Assembly: GCA_026914245.1 (NCBI GenBank) | Contig: CP110440.1 | Location: 1,178,001-1,242,000 of the forward strand | DNA from: Puccinia triticina | Lineage: Eukaryota | Direction of reading: 5' to 3' | Length of the DNA: 64,000 nucleotides | In this document: positions 52,371 to 62,948 of the stretch, piece after piece | Numbering within the stretch: the first letter of the stretch is position 1 | How the letters are laid out: every line of letters starts with the position of its first letter | Made by a program: the position numbers and the translations under genes | Notes under the pieces: model-generated | What the model saw: only the letters and a program-made list of their open reading frames with translations | Database searches by the model: none | Told to the model about the DNA's origin: nothing

Positions 52371-53788
52371 ATGTCAGCAAAGAATGTTCCGCTATACCTG
52401 GACGAACACAACTACGATTCCTGGTCGTTCCTCATGACCTCGAAAATTGATAAGATTGGAGCTCTAGCAAGGCTGAAACGCTGCGCTGCGCTACAAAAAA
52501 GCGGTCTTTTAGTGCAGCGCAGCGGGGAACCGCTGCGCGGTCAGCCCAAAAAGCGGTAGCGCAGCGCCAGTCCCGCTGCGCTACCGCTGAAAATAACGGG
52601 GGCCCGCTTTTTTCCCGACCCAAAAAGCGGTAGCGCAGCGGACGGGGCCGCTCCTTTCAGCGCCGCGCAGCGGCCACCAAAACAGCTGCGCTTTGCGCTG
52701 CGCTGCGCTTTTTTGGCTGGCAGCGGGGGAGCGCTACGCGGCCAGGTCAAAAATCAGTAGCGCAGCGATGGTTCCGCTGCGCTACCGCTGAAAGTAGCGG
52801 CTTCCCGCTTCTTGCCAGACCCAAAAAGCGGTAGCGAAGCGGGCGGGGCCGCTACTTTCAGCGCAGCGGGCAGGGCCGCTACTTTCAGCGCAGCGCAGCG
52901 GCCACCAAAAGCGCTGCGCTGCGCTTTTTGAAGCGCAGCGCTTTCACCCTTGGCTCTAGGAATTGTTCAAGGAACCATCAAGGCTTTGGACAAGGAGGCA
53001 TATCAAGAGCTCAATTGGCGAGCATATCACGAGATCATCGAACACCTTGACAGCACAAATTGGCATACATTCAACATACGTTACCGGATCAGAACGCTTT
53101 CAGCGGCTACGCAGTGCGGACCATCCTCAAGCAAAAATACTGTGCAGACGATCATGTTGCCAAGGATTTTGCCCTCAATCAATTCCTCGACATCAAATAC
53201 GAGAACCCACCTTCCGTCTTCATAGCAGAAGTACGGGCCGCAAATCATCGAATAATCTCTGCAAAAGTTGGTCTTGACGATCAAAGCAAGATGGCACTCA
53301 TTCTTCGCAAGTTGCCATCCGCAGAATATAAATCCTTTTGTGATGTTGTCAACGTCGGTTTCCCCAACAACACGGTAGCAGCACTCTTAACGCGCCTGGA
53401 GAAGCACGTAGCTCAGAATTGACTCGACCGTGTCTCAAACAATCCTTCTCAGATGGCTCTCCTCACCACCAATGACAAATTCTACCTCTGTCCCCATTGC
53501 AAGAAAGGCTTTACGATCTGTTCTCACTGCAACAAAGCCGGTCACCACGAATCAATGTGCTTTGAGAAACATCCTGAACAACATCCATCAAAGTTGTCAA
53601 CGTTGAAACCAGCGTCAAAGCCCTCTCCTACTGCGCAAGCTCACCTGCCCCTGGCGTTTGCACACACTATTTCGTCATCAAACCCGACCAACGGATTCAC
53701 TGAAGAGCAAATTGAGTCAGAACGGAATTTTCAGGCAAAGCTGGCTAACCCCGAATTCAAGAAGTTAAACATTGGCCGTGGTCTCTAG
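52371..53788 (+). pseudogene. Copia-type gag, interrupted by a MITE, a frameshift (~53060) and an in-frame TGA (53420-53422)
   Basis: MSAKNVPLYLDEHNYDSWSFLM...GAL-GIVQG after MITE removal; zinc knuckle CSHCNKAGHHESMC. Confidence 0.88.
52468..52952. mobile_element. MITE with CA...TG ends, 7-bp TSD GCTCTAG
   Basis: caaggctgaaacgctgcgct / agcgcagcgctttcacccttg; removal restores the gag frame. Confidence 0.92.
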
Positions 53789-53821
53789 GTCCAAAGCTCG
53801 TGGGTCATCAGTTGGGGGGGG

Positions 53822-54220
53822 TGTTGAAATTCCAGTGTTACCAGTCTCTCCCTCTTCCGCTTTCCCTTCCCTGTCACACTTGTCCTCTCCCTGTCACTCC
53901 CTCACTCCCTCCAGATTGCATATGCATAGTTCACCTTCTGTCCCACATTCTGGCCCCTCCACTTGTAATAGCTCATATATCCATGGCTTAGACAGAAATA
54001 ACACTCATCTGCTTCTGCGCGCATTTCCCTGAGGTCTCTACAGGATACAACCTCTTGTAGCGTGTGCGCTTTTCCGCCACGCAAGCTAGCAGCTTTTTGC
54101 CCTCCTAGAGGGCTCCCTTGGCCCCTTTTTGTTGTCTCACTCAGAGCTTCTCAGAGCTTGTTGTTCCTTGGGCCCTTCCTCCCTTTGTCTCAGCCTCGAC
54201 CTCCAGTCATAGCTTCAACA
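53822..54220 (+). repeat. Internal LTR of a second family
   Basis: TGTTGAA...TTCAACA ends, preceded by a G8 polypurine tract and followed by the same 12-nt PBS as the 5' LTR. Confidence 0.75.
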
Positions 54221-54463
54221 CAATTAACAGTCAAAATGTGCTATGCGCATGATATGCATCTACATGAGATTATGCAATATTGTACTTATGCAATAGGCAG
54301 CTTTGGGGTATAACCCTACTTTGGAATATGCAATATGCATTCTCATTGTATAGACTAGCTCAGGAATGATTGACCTCAGGGTCTCCTATTCTCCCACTGT
54401 GGATTAAGGAGGTGTGTTGAAATGTTGTAATCCTCACTGGTCAAAATCAACACATCAGGCATG

Positions 54464-54464
54464 G

Positions 54465-54517
<53 letters not shown>

Positions 54518-54553
54518 AAGCTAAGGTTGCTGGTTCAAATCCTGCCCAAGTCA
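54464..54553 (+). tRNA. tRNA-like sequence in the 3' LTR; anticodon ambiguous (TCA, or CTA/TAG)
   Basis: 7-bp acceptor stem, D arm, two central hairpins (GCACT/AGTGT; CTTAG-CTTCAAG-CTAAG), T arm GCTGG-TTCAAAT-CCTGC; A box TAGCCTAGTTGG and B box GGTTCAAATCC. Confidence 0.75.
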
Positions 54554-54706
54554 ATCACTTTCTGCTAAGTGTCTGCAAATTGCATTGTTAGTTTTAACAG
54601 TTTGGAGGATATATACTTTATTAAGATCACACTGATTGCAAGACTAATAGTTGAGATCACAGGTGATGTATGTACATGAAACTTTAAAGTGAGATGTGTG
54701 TTCTAT

Positions 54707-55288
54707 CAGCGGTGGGCAGATATGTTATCCAGAATTCCACATGTTTTTGTTGTAAATTCAAATTTTGCACACAACGGTTCAACTTATCAGCAAGATTTAA
54801 ACATCAGGGCTGTGTATTCACAGTATCTTTCATTTGCGCGAAAAAAAATCCCATGATTGTTGAGTAATTTTCTTTCAATCACTGATTATACACCAAATTT
54901 TCAGTTATCTGTAACTTAGTTACAGATAACGGAAAATTTGTTGTGTAATTGATGATTAGAAGAAAATTAATCAGTAAACATGGAATTTTTTTTGCAAATG
55001 AAAGATACTGGGAATACAAAGCCCTAAGGCCCCGTTTGGCTGCCGCTTTATACGTCATAAATTGTTGAATTTATGACGCCGCGACCCAAAGTTCGCCCCC
55101 CGTTGCCACCAAAACTTTGAAACCCCCGGGGGTCGCGCGTCATAAATTCGACCATTTATGACGTATAACGTGGCAGCCAAACGGGGCCTAAATTTTAACT
55201 CTTGCTGATAAGTTGAACTGTTGTGTGCAAAATTTGAATTTACAACAAAAAAATGTGGAATTCTGGATAACGTATCTGCCCACCGCTG
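54707..55288. mobile_element. Fold-back MITE, CAG...CTG ends, 7-bp TSD GTTCTAT
   Basis: Long inverted arms meeting at gttatctgtaacttagttacagataac. Confidence 0.9.
55028..55188. mobile_element. Tourist/Harbinger-like MITE, TSD TAA, nested in the fold-back element
   Basis: ggccccgtttggctgcc / ggcagccaaacggggcc; same end as the 8325-10156 element. Confidence 0.92.
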
Positions 55289-56809
55289 GTTCTATTTACA
55301 ATTGCCTGAGTGGAATGCTGAAAATGAGCAGCAAAAATTTCCTCCTTTTATAGTAAAATGTGAGGGATTTTTTCTGGTGAGGATGCTGGTAAGGAACCAG
55401 AGTGCAGCACAGCAAGGTCATGTGGTCCATGGGATCAACCCATAGTGACAGGCCTTTTTACACGTCTGAGGTGCCATCCTCCTTCTCCTGAGGAGAAAAA
55501 AGCCACAGGTAGGCTAGGTAGTGGGCATCCACACCTTCCCCCTGCGCCTCTGTCTTGGTATCAACAGTAGAGCGGCCAAAGGCATAGCCCCAATGGGAAG
55601 GGTGCTGGCCAGAATACAGACCAACTGGCTATGGCCTTGGTTTGCTCCCCAGCTCTAGCCATCCCACATCCACTTCAAGCATCACAGTCCTTTGAGCCTT
55701 TGATTTCCTCTCTCCTTTTTTGACAAAAGAACAAATCCAAAACCCTTTTTTATTGCTAAGAAAATTCCTAGTCCTTTAGAAATCTATTTTGCTATCATGC
55801 CATGACCAACAGATTCTTGAAATTCACCAACCAGATCTGCTCTGCGGCCTCAGGCGCAAGCCCAAACCCAGCCAACAAACCAGAACCTACCAGCAACCCA
55901 GCCGTAGCCAAAAGCAGATCCCCAGCCACACACTCTCATGAGTTTGTGGCCAACCAGAGGTTCCAGCCAACTCCCAGGCACCTTCAGCAGGAAAGGGACA
56001 AGTCCCAAAGAAAGGAATTGTGGTGCTCCATTGGTGTGGCAATGCCAAAAGCACATTGTAGAGGTATTGTGACAGCATACATACAGCTTGTCAGCTAGCT
56101 ACTATTTCAGAGTTAGCTGAAAAATAAAAATAAAACGGACTTACTTTGCGCTGTCAGCCACAGAGTACATGTCACAGTACCTTACACGTACCAAGTACCT
56201 GCAATTGTTCACATTACATATAGTACATTCCTTTTACACCTTTTATTAAATATGTATATCATTAGATACAAGCTTAAGAATGTACTCTTGTTATACATTA
56301 CATTACAGATAACCATAGTTAAACACAGTTACCATAAGGTACTGTTGATTATAAGAGATAAGTTACGTGTAAACAGTAAGATTACAATACATTGTAATAT
56401 TACTGTACACGTGAAATACCCCAAGACAGGTATCACTCATTTATCCCCTGTTACGCCTCAGTCCCTATTTACATAACATATTGGTTATGATATAAATACA
56501 TAAACAATACATGATGTAATCCAATTCAAAGGGCACTGAATGGAATCACTGATTGATTATGATCAGCTAGTGTACACAGCTACTGATCTAGGATCAGTAC
56601 TGATCATTACACTGCCCTGATCCTTTCCAATGTTGATCCTCATGAGGATCTGCTTCCTTTGAGCGCTTCCAGTTCCCCCCTGGTCCTGAAGCGCCTCCCA
56701 GCGCCTCATATTCCCTCCTGCTCTTTTTCCCTCTATATAAACACGCCCCCCAGGACTGTTTATCCCTCAGAATATTATTACAGCAAAGTTTAACCCATAC
56801 TATAGTTAA

Positions 56810-57700
56810 GGGGCTGGCTTTATGCACTCCAAATGTTCACTACATGCACTCCAAAAAAGGAGTGAACTGGTGTCTACTCCAATAAATGTTGGAGTGAGCA
56901 AAGGTTCACTGCAAAAGTGGGCTGAATTGGAGTGTTTGGAATTTCACTCCAATATATATTTGGAGTGAACCTTTGTTCACTCCAAAAGTGGGCTAAATTG
57001 GACTGTTCAGAAGTTCACTCCAATATTTGTTGGAGTGAAAAATGTGCACTCCAAAAAAATGGAGTATAAAATTAGGCACTCAAACTGTGGAGTGGAGCTC
57101 AACCCACTCCATGTTTTTATTTGGAGTGTGGACCACTGGGCACTCCAAAAAAGTGGGGCCAGTGATTCCCATTGAAAAAGAGCATATAAATAGGCTCAGA
57201 CTCACTGGAATCTTTGGGGCCTAGTCTTAAGGAGAGGAATGTGAGTGTGGCGGAAGTTTGTCTGTAGGGGGGAGGCAGGGTCTCCAAGGGTCAAAGCATG
57301 ACTTGGTTGATCTGGAGGAGTTGCTTGGAGTGCATGGATGTATTTAAAATATGTGTAAACTCCATTATTTGTTGGTGTGTACAGTAGTACACTCCAGTAT
57401 TGATTGGAGTGTACAGTAGTACACTCCAATCTTGAAACATACCAAGTTTCAAGATTGGAGTGCACAAGTTTCCACTCCAATAAATATTGGAGTGAACTTC
57501 TGAACCCTCCAATTTAGCCCACTTTTGGAGTGAACAAAGGTTCACTCCAAATATATATTGGAGTGAACTTCTGAACACTCCAATTTAACCCACTTTTGGA
57601 GTGAACCTTTGTTCACTCCAACATTTATTGGAGTGGACACAAGTTCACTCCTTTTTTGGAGTGCATGTAGTAAATATTTGGAGTGCATAAAGCCGGCCCC
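56810..57700. mobile_element. Harbinger-like non-autonomous element with long inverted arms (cactcca/tggagtg repeats), TSD TAA
   Basis: ggggctggctttatgcactcc / ggagtgcataaagccggcccc. Confidence 0.9.
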
Positions 57701-58319
57701 TAACAAATATTCATTTTTTTTTTTTTTTTTTTAAAAAAAAGTGAAACTAAAAAGCTGTCCAACATGTTGGTCTAGCGCTTTCAAACATGGAAGGGAGGAA
57801 AGGAAGTATCAAAAGTGACCTTGATATCACGCTTGGCTCACGCGAGCTTTGTGTTTTAGTGTATAAGCCTCTCTGGTGAGACTAGGCTGCCGCCCAGACC
57901 TAACTTAGCTGATTCCCTCCTCGGGGGAGCAAATCGGAGGGTCCCTGCAGGACAGCTTCCCCCCTCCAATAGAGGGACTTAGTTAAGTTGGCGCCCAGAC
58001 CCGCTCACCACAAGAGGCTTAGTTAAGCTCGTGAGAGCATCCTTACCGGTCGAGCTATGTTGGCGCGAGTTTTGACTCGCAGCTGTTGCAAACTAACTTA
58101 GCGACAGCGATTCAGCTGCATCGGTTTGGCTTGCGCGGGGTGGAGCTGAGTGGTGGGCGCGGGAAATGGCAGTTAGCTTCGAGCTAACCGTCACTAAATG
58201 TAGTGACAGTTAGCTGAAATTCAAGCTTCTCACTAATTTAGCTTGGGCTTAGCTACACCCGGTGTGGTTGAGATTGGTGGCTAAACTAGCTAATTTCGAG
58301 CTAAACTAGTCACCGGTAA

Positions 58320-58683
58320 GAGCATCCGCATTGGTGCGGGTGTAACTCGAGGAGTAACAGATCTGCTTACTCCCGGATTAGCGCTAATCCCGGCCGGCAG
58401 CCGCATCGGTGCGGGATAAAAAGCTGTGTAAGTATGTGGTATGCACCTACAGATTATGTAAGCTGTGTTTGGTGCATACTTTTGGGTGGGGAGGAGTGTC
58501 TGCATGCATGTGAATATGCATGCAGCGCTTACTCCCAGGATTAGCAAGGAGTAACTTTACTCCCGCTTACTCCAAATCGTACTCCCGGGAGGAGTTTAGT
58601 CCGATTAAATTGGAACCGATGCGGTTGCCGAGGAGGATTAGTTACGCTAATCCTCCCTTAATCCGCAACCGATGCGGATGCTC
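58320..58683. mobile_element. Harbinger MITE, TSD TAA
   Basis: gagcatccgcattggt / accgatgcggatgctc; ends closely match the adjacent autonomous element in opposite orientation. Confidence 0.9.
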
Positions 58684-58961
58684 TAAGGGCATCCGCATCG
58701 GTCGCGGGTTAAGGGAGGATTAGCGTAACTAATCCTCCTCGGCAACCGCACCGGGCCCGATTTAATCGGGCTAAGTTGCTCCCAGGAGTCCAATTTGGAC
58801 TAGCAAGGAGTAGATTTCCTCCTCGCTAATCCTGGGAGTAATAGCAAGATGAATATTCAAAACAGCCTGGATTAAGCTGGATTAAGCTAGGAGTGCCGAG
58901 TACGCACCCCACCTCAACAAGTCTTTGTGTATACGCCAGCCCAGCCCAAGCTTTGAACAGC

Positions 58962-59620
58962 ATGCCAGCAGCCAATTCTGCACCAGCTCCAGCCCCTACC
59001 TCCGAGTCTCCCCCTGCCTCAACCAATCCAACAAAACGCCGAGGACCCAACTTTACCCCAGAGGAAGACAAACAGCTTGCAAAAAGCTGGGTTCATATTT
59101 CCGAGGACGCAATCAAATCAAATAACCAAAAGATCGACAAGTTCTGGGAGCGTGTTTTCAACGATTTCACCAAGTTCAGTCCAGGACCCGTTCGCGATGC
59201 TGTAGCTTTACAAACAAGGTGAATTACTGTTCATATTGTGATTCTATTTTTTATGGCACTTATTTGTGCGTTTAATGATTTGTTTGTTTGATTTCTGATG
59301 CAAACAGGTGGAAGAATTTGCAGCAAGCTTGCCTGAAGTTCTCAGCGCTGTACGATCGAATTGAAAAACACCCACCGTCTGGCTCTTCCCCTGAGGATTG
59401 GATGACAATGGCTCGCGAGCAATACTATGCTCATGTTAAAAAGCATTTTCTTAATGAGCGACCCTGGCAACTCCTGAGGCACGTGGCCAAGTTCAAGATG
59501 TTGGGCGGCAAAGCAAAGACAGGTCGAGTTGCGGAGGCAAATCAAGATGGTTGCGCAAGAGAGGGAGCCACTGTTGATGTCACCACAATGAATCTAGTCG
59601 ATGCCGGGAGTGGTGGGTAG
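58962..59620 (+). CDS. Harbinger Myb/SANT-like DNA-binding protein (intron 59219-59307)
   Basis: NFTPEEDKQLAKSWVHISED...FWERV...LQTR-WKNLQQACLKFSALY. Confidence 0.88.
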
Positions 59621-60822
59621 GATTGCGGAACTGCTTGGGTCTCCACAATCATGTTGTGGAGAATTATACATGTAGTCATGATAGCATTTAAATCACCTGG
59701 GTACCAACTCATCGCTGGTACCCTTAGGATTTTGAATTGGCCCTGAAGGGCTGCAAAAGTCCGTTCAATATCTTTTCGGACTGACTCTTGCCGCTTTGTA
59801 AAGAGTTTCGTTGCTCGATCTTGTGCAACTAGAGATTTGGATTGTATCAAATTCGACCATGGGTAGTAAATACCATCAACAAGATAGTAAGGCCGCTTGT
59901 AAACATTGCCTTCAACCTCAAACTCGACACCCCAAGACGTCCCCGCAAGTTCCGCATCAAACAGAGGCGATCGATCCAAAACATTCTTATCGTTCAGAGC
60001 TCCGCACGTCCCAAAAAAGGAGTGCCAGATCCAGGTGTCCTTTGTGGCGACTGCTTCTAGTACGACGGTCGGGGTCTGCTCTTTGCCTTGGAACTGTCCA
60101 GTGAGTGCTGTCGGGCAGTTCTTCCATTCCCAATGCATGCAGTCTAGGCTGCCAATGCATCCCGGAAAGCCCCTGGCTGCATTTTCTGCGAGAATTTTTT
60201 TGAGGTCTTCTTTGTTTGGGGCGCGTAGGTAGGTTGGTCCATATGTTTCTTGAATGGCAGCACAAAACTGTTCCATGTTTTGTCGAGCTGTGGTCTCTCC
60301 GAGTCGACAGTACTCATCGGTCGCATCGAGGGGAATTGCATACGCCAACTGTCGAATAACGGCGGTGAGCTTTTGATGCGGGCTCAAGCCCAATTTACCA
60401 GTACAATCCTACAGAGAAGGAAAAGATCATTAATCAGATATGCTGCCGTGGATCTTTGAAGAAATAAAAACCAGTCTCACCGGGCGTTGAACAAAGTAAC
60501 GGTATCGAGCCGTGAGATCGTTCAGAATACGCAAAAATAACCCCTTCTCCATGCGATAACGCCGAGCAAAATCGTCCGAGTCATAACGCGAGCCCTCCTT
60601 GAAATAGTCGTTCATAAGCTCTTCATGGTGTTTCAGGTGGCACCGGTCCTTGTTGGGCGCTCGAATTAACTTGATTGATGGTTGTGTTTCATCCTCAGAG
60701 CTGCTAGAATCAAGGTAACTGTTGTCAACTTCTTTCAGGAGTTCTTGGTTCGTTCGGTGGATGTATGACAGGTGTCGTCGAGTGTTGAAGTCCTCCTCGT
60801 TGAACAGGAATCTTGGTGCCAT
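59542..60822 (-). CDS. PIF/Harbinger DDE transposase, ~400 aa (intron 60409-60480)
   Basis: FARRYRM, GSLDCMHWEWKNCP, VLEAVA, GALNDKNVL, YYLVDGIY, RKDIERTF, CIILHNMIVE; frame is open after splicing. Confidence 0.93.
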
Positions 60823-61696
60823 TGTTTGGTAGTAAAATCGAGCCGATGTGGATGACCAGGGTAGATGAAGTAGTAGCCAGTTTACTCTTGTGTTTATGCC
60901 GGACCGATGCGGTTGACAGGCTGGATTAGCGGTAATCCAGTATTAGGCTAATCTACTCCGACCCTATTTACTCCCGCACCGATGCGGATGCCCTAAGGAT
61001 GCTCTGAGTGAAGCTCACAATGTTCCAGGAGCAGTCAGCCGACATCCTGCCACCGGCCCTCAGGCAAGTGCCTGGTCGGGGAACGTTCCTCAACCCTTCC
61101 ATGAGAGTGTTCCCCGACCGTTGCCGAAACCCAAACCCCCAAAACCAATCGGCGCATCAATCGTCTCGACTGGGCGAGAACGTTGCTCCCTGGGCAGGAG
61201 CGAATTGTTCATCCGACGGTCCCACTCCCCATTGTCAGGACGTTGAGATGGGCTGTGGTGTACACAGGCCGATTCCAGGCGCTGTAACTTGTCAGAGAGT
61301 GACAGTCATTACACGACTCAACTTTGGGCCGACGCATGCCGCCCTATGCCGCCACCCTGCAGGCTGAGCGACAGGAAAAAGTGCTTGTTTCATCCCTCTG
61401 AATAACTCACGCAAACAAACCAGCTCAAGCCTAGCAGTCCGTTTCATTCATTTCCGCATCTCGAATCTGGACCTGAGGAATTGGCGGGCAAGGTCTATTT
61501 GGACGTCACACTCATTTGTTCCACCGATCCAGATTGTATTTTCTTGCCGGGACCTATTAGTGAGACCCGTTTTCCACTCGGCTAGTATTGAGTAAGCTCA
61601 ACGAGAGATCCCTCTCATAATCTATGTGAGTCGCTGGTACAATAGTTAACGCTCCCATCCCCACCAGAAAATTCCAACCGGACGACGCGACAGACC

Positions 61697-62587
61697 ATGC
61701 TCTCCCGATTCTTGATTGCTGCACTGCTTTGCACCGTCACCCATGCCTTGGTTGTCAGTGAGATCGTTCCGTGGAATGGGGAAGTTCGGATCGACAACTC
61801 CGGTCTGCTTGATCAATGGCCATACATGACGATCACCTATCGCTCTTTCTCTCCACATGTCACCGTATATTGTTCGATGAAGATGCCAGGCAGAACCAGG
61901 CCTGGGCTCGTAAAGGAAGTACTTTTGGACCGGCAAGATTTGATCACCGCCTTAATGAACAACGAACAAGGCGGGGAAGAAGCTAAACAAGAACTGCTAC
62001 TCCGGTCGGGCCGTCTTCTGATTGTGGATAAAACTCTGGAAAAAGCAGACAAGAAAGTGAATATCAGTGCTTGGTGGTCGAGCTTATACCGCGGCTGGTG
62101 GTTGAGATACCACGGCTTCGGGGCTCCAATATACACAAGTCGAACTGCAACAATAGCAAATCTCATCAATAAAGTCTGTACTCACCTACTTGACCGCCGA
62201 CCATACATCGCCTTCCTTCCGATCGGTGAAACGGTAATTATCCAATATCCGGATCTGACATCACAAAAATTCCTCCGACGAGAGATTCCAACTGCAGATA
62301 TATTAGCCATGCTGATGACGATAGCCGAAGCTGGTACCAACACACACTTCGCTGTCGAGACAATTCGTGTTTACGCCGCTCTGCAACTTGACGAATCTCA
62401 ACGTCGAAGTTGGCCTCGTCGATATATCACCATGCATTGGTCACATCAAAACGACTTCATCAGGCTTAAACAGATGCTTCCTCGCGAGGAAGACCCAATC
62501 CGAGAAGCTCTTGCGCAAATCCTGGGAGGTTGTCTTAGAGCGATGCCTATCTACTTTGCGTGCCCAGTTACACCAGAACCCATCTGA
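61697..62587 (+). CDS. 296-aa intronless protein with a probable signal peptide, function unknown
   Basis: ATG-initiated non-repetitive ORF; N-terminus MLSRFLIAALLCTVTHA looks like a cleavable signal peptide. Confidence 0.7.
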   Translation: MLSRFLIAALLCTVTHALVVSEIVPWNGEVRIDNSGLLDQWPYMTITYRSFSPHVTVYCSMKMPGRTRPGLVKEVLLDRQDLITALMNNEQGGEEAKQELLLRSGRLLIVDKTLEKADKKVNISAWWSSLYRGWWLRYHGFGAPIYTSRTATIANLINKVCTHLLDRRPYIAFLPIGETVIIQYPDLTSQKFLRREIPTADILAMLMTIAEAGTNTHFAVETIRVYAALQLDESQRRSWPRRYITMHWSHQNDFIRLKQMLPREEDPIREALAQILGGCLRAMPIYFACPVTPEPI

Positions 62588-62948
62588 CTTTTTGGTTTTT
62601 GACAGCAACATGTTTCCCTGTTTCATACCCATCAAGAAATGCCCAAGTTTTCTTTTTTTAATCCTCATCCATACAGCTTGCCCTACGGTCTAATCGTGAT
62701 AGCTCTGGACGATATCACCGGTTACAGCAAGTTGGAGAGACTGTCCCTATCAACAACGCTATTATTGTTGGTGGTTGTAGTTTGCACGTTGGCAATATAT
62801 TTAAATGGTTGGGCAAAGGAACCCGGCTATTGCTGAGTACATGGGCATCTCACACAACGGCAAAAAAGAGAGGCCTGGTGTGATACGAAAGAAAACAGCA
62901 GGTTGCTTAGACCGACTGGGCTGGGTTTTGAGGATCAACAGTGGATAA

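Larger units (their letters stand above)
51849..54599 (+). mobile_element. Non-autonomous gag-only Copia-type LTR retroelement with tRNA-like LTRs, 5-bp TSD GTTTG
   Basis: LTRs at 51849-52188 and 54415-54599 (TGTTGAAA...TTTTAACA); gtttg at 51844-51848 and 54600-54604; purine tract before the 3' LTR; no pol. Confidence 0.93.
58687..60993. mobile_element. Apparently intact autonomous PIF/Harbinger transposon, TSD TAA
   Basis: TIR gggcatccgcatcggt / accgatgcggatgccc; two convergent ORFs. Confidence 0.95.
58035..61004. mobile_element. Outer Harbinger-type MITE (TSD TGA) whose right TIR is split by two further elements
   Basis: gagcatccttaccggt at the left; accggtaa (to 58319) plus ggatgctc (60997-61004) reconstitute the right TIR. 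Confidence 0.85.

Noticed and set aside
54464..54553. Selenocysteine tRNA
   Set aside because: It has 7-bp acceptor, 5-bp T and 4-bp D stems and no long variable arm after the TCA loop, which does not fit eukaryotic tRNA-Sec geometry.
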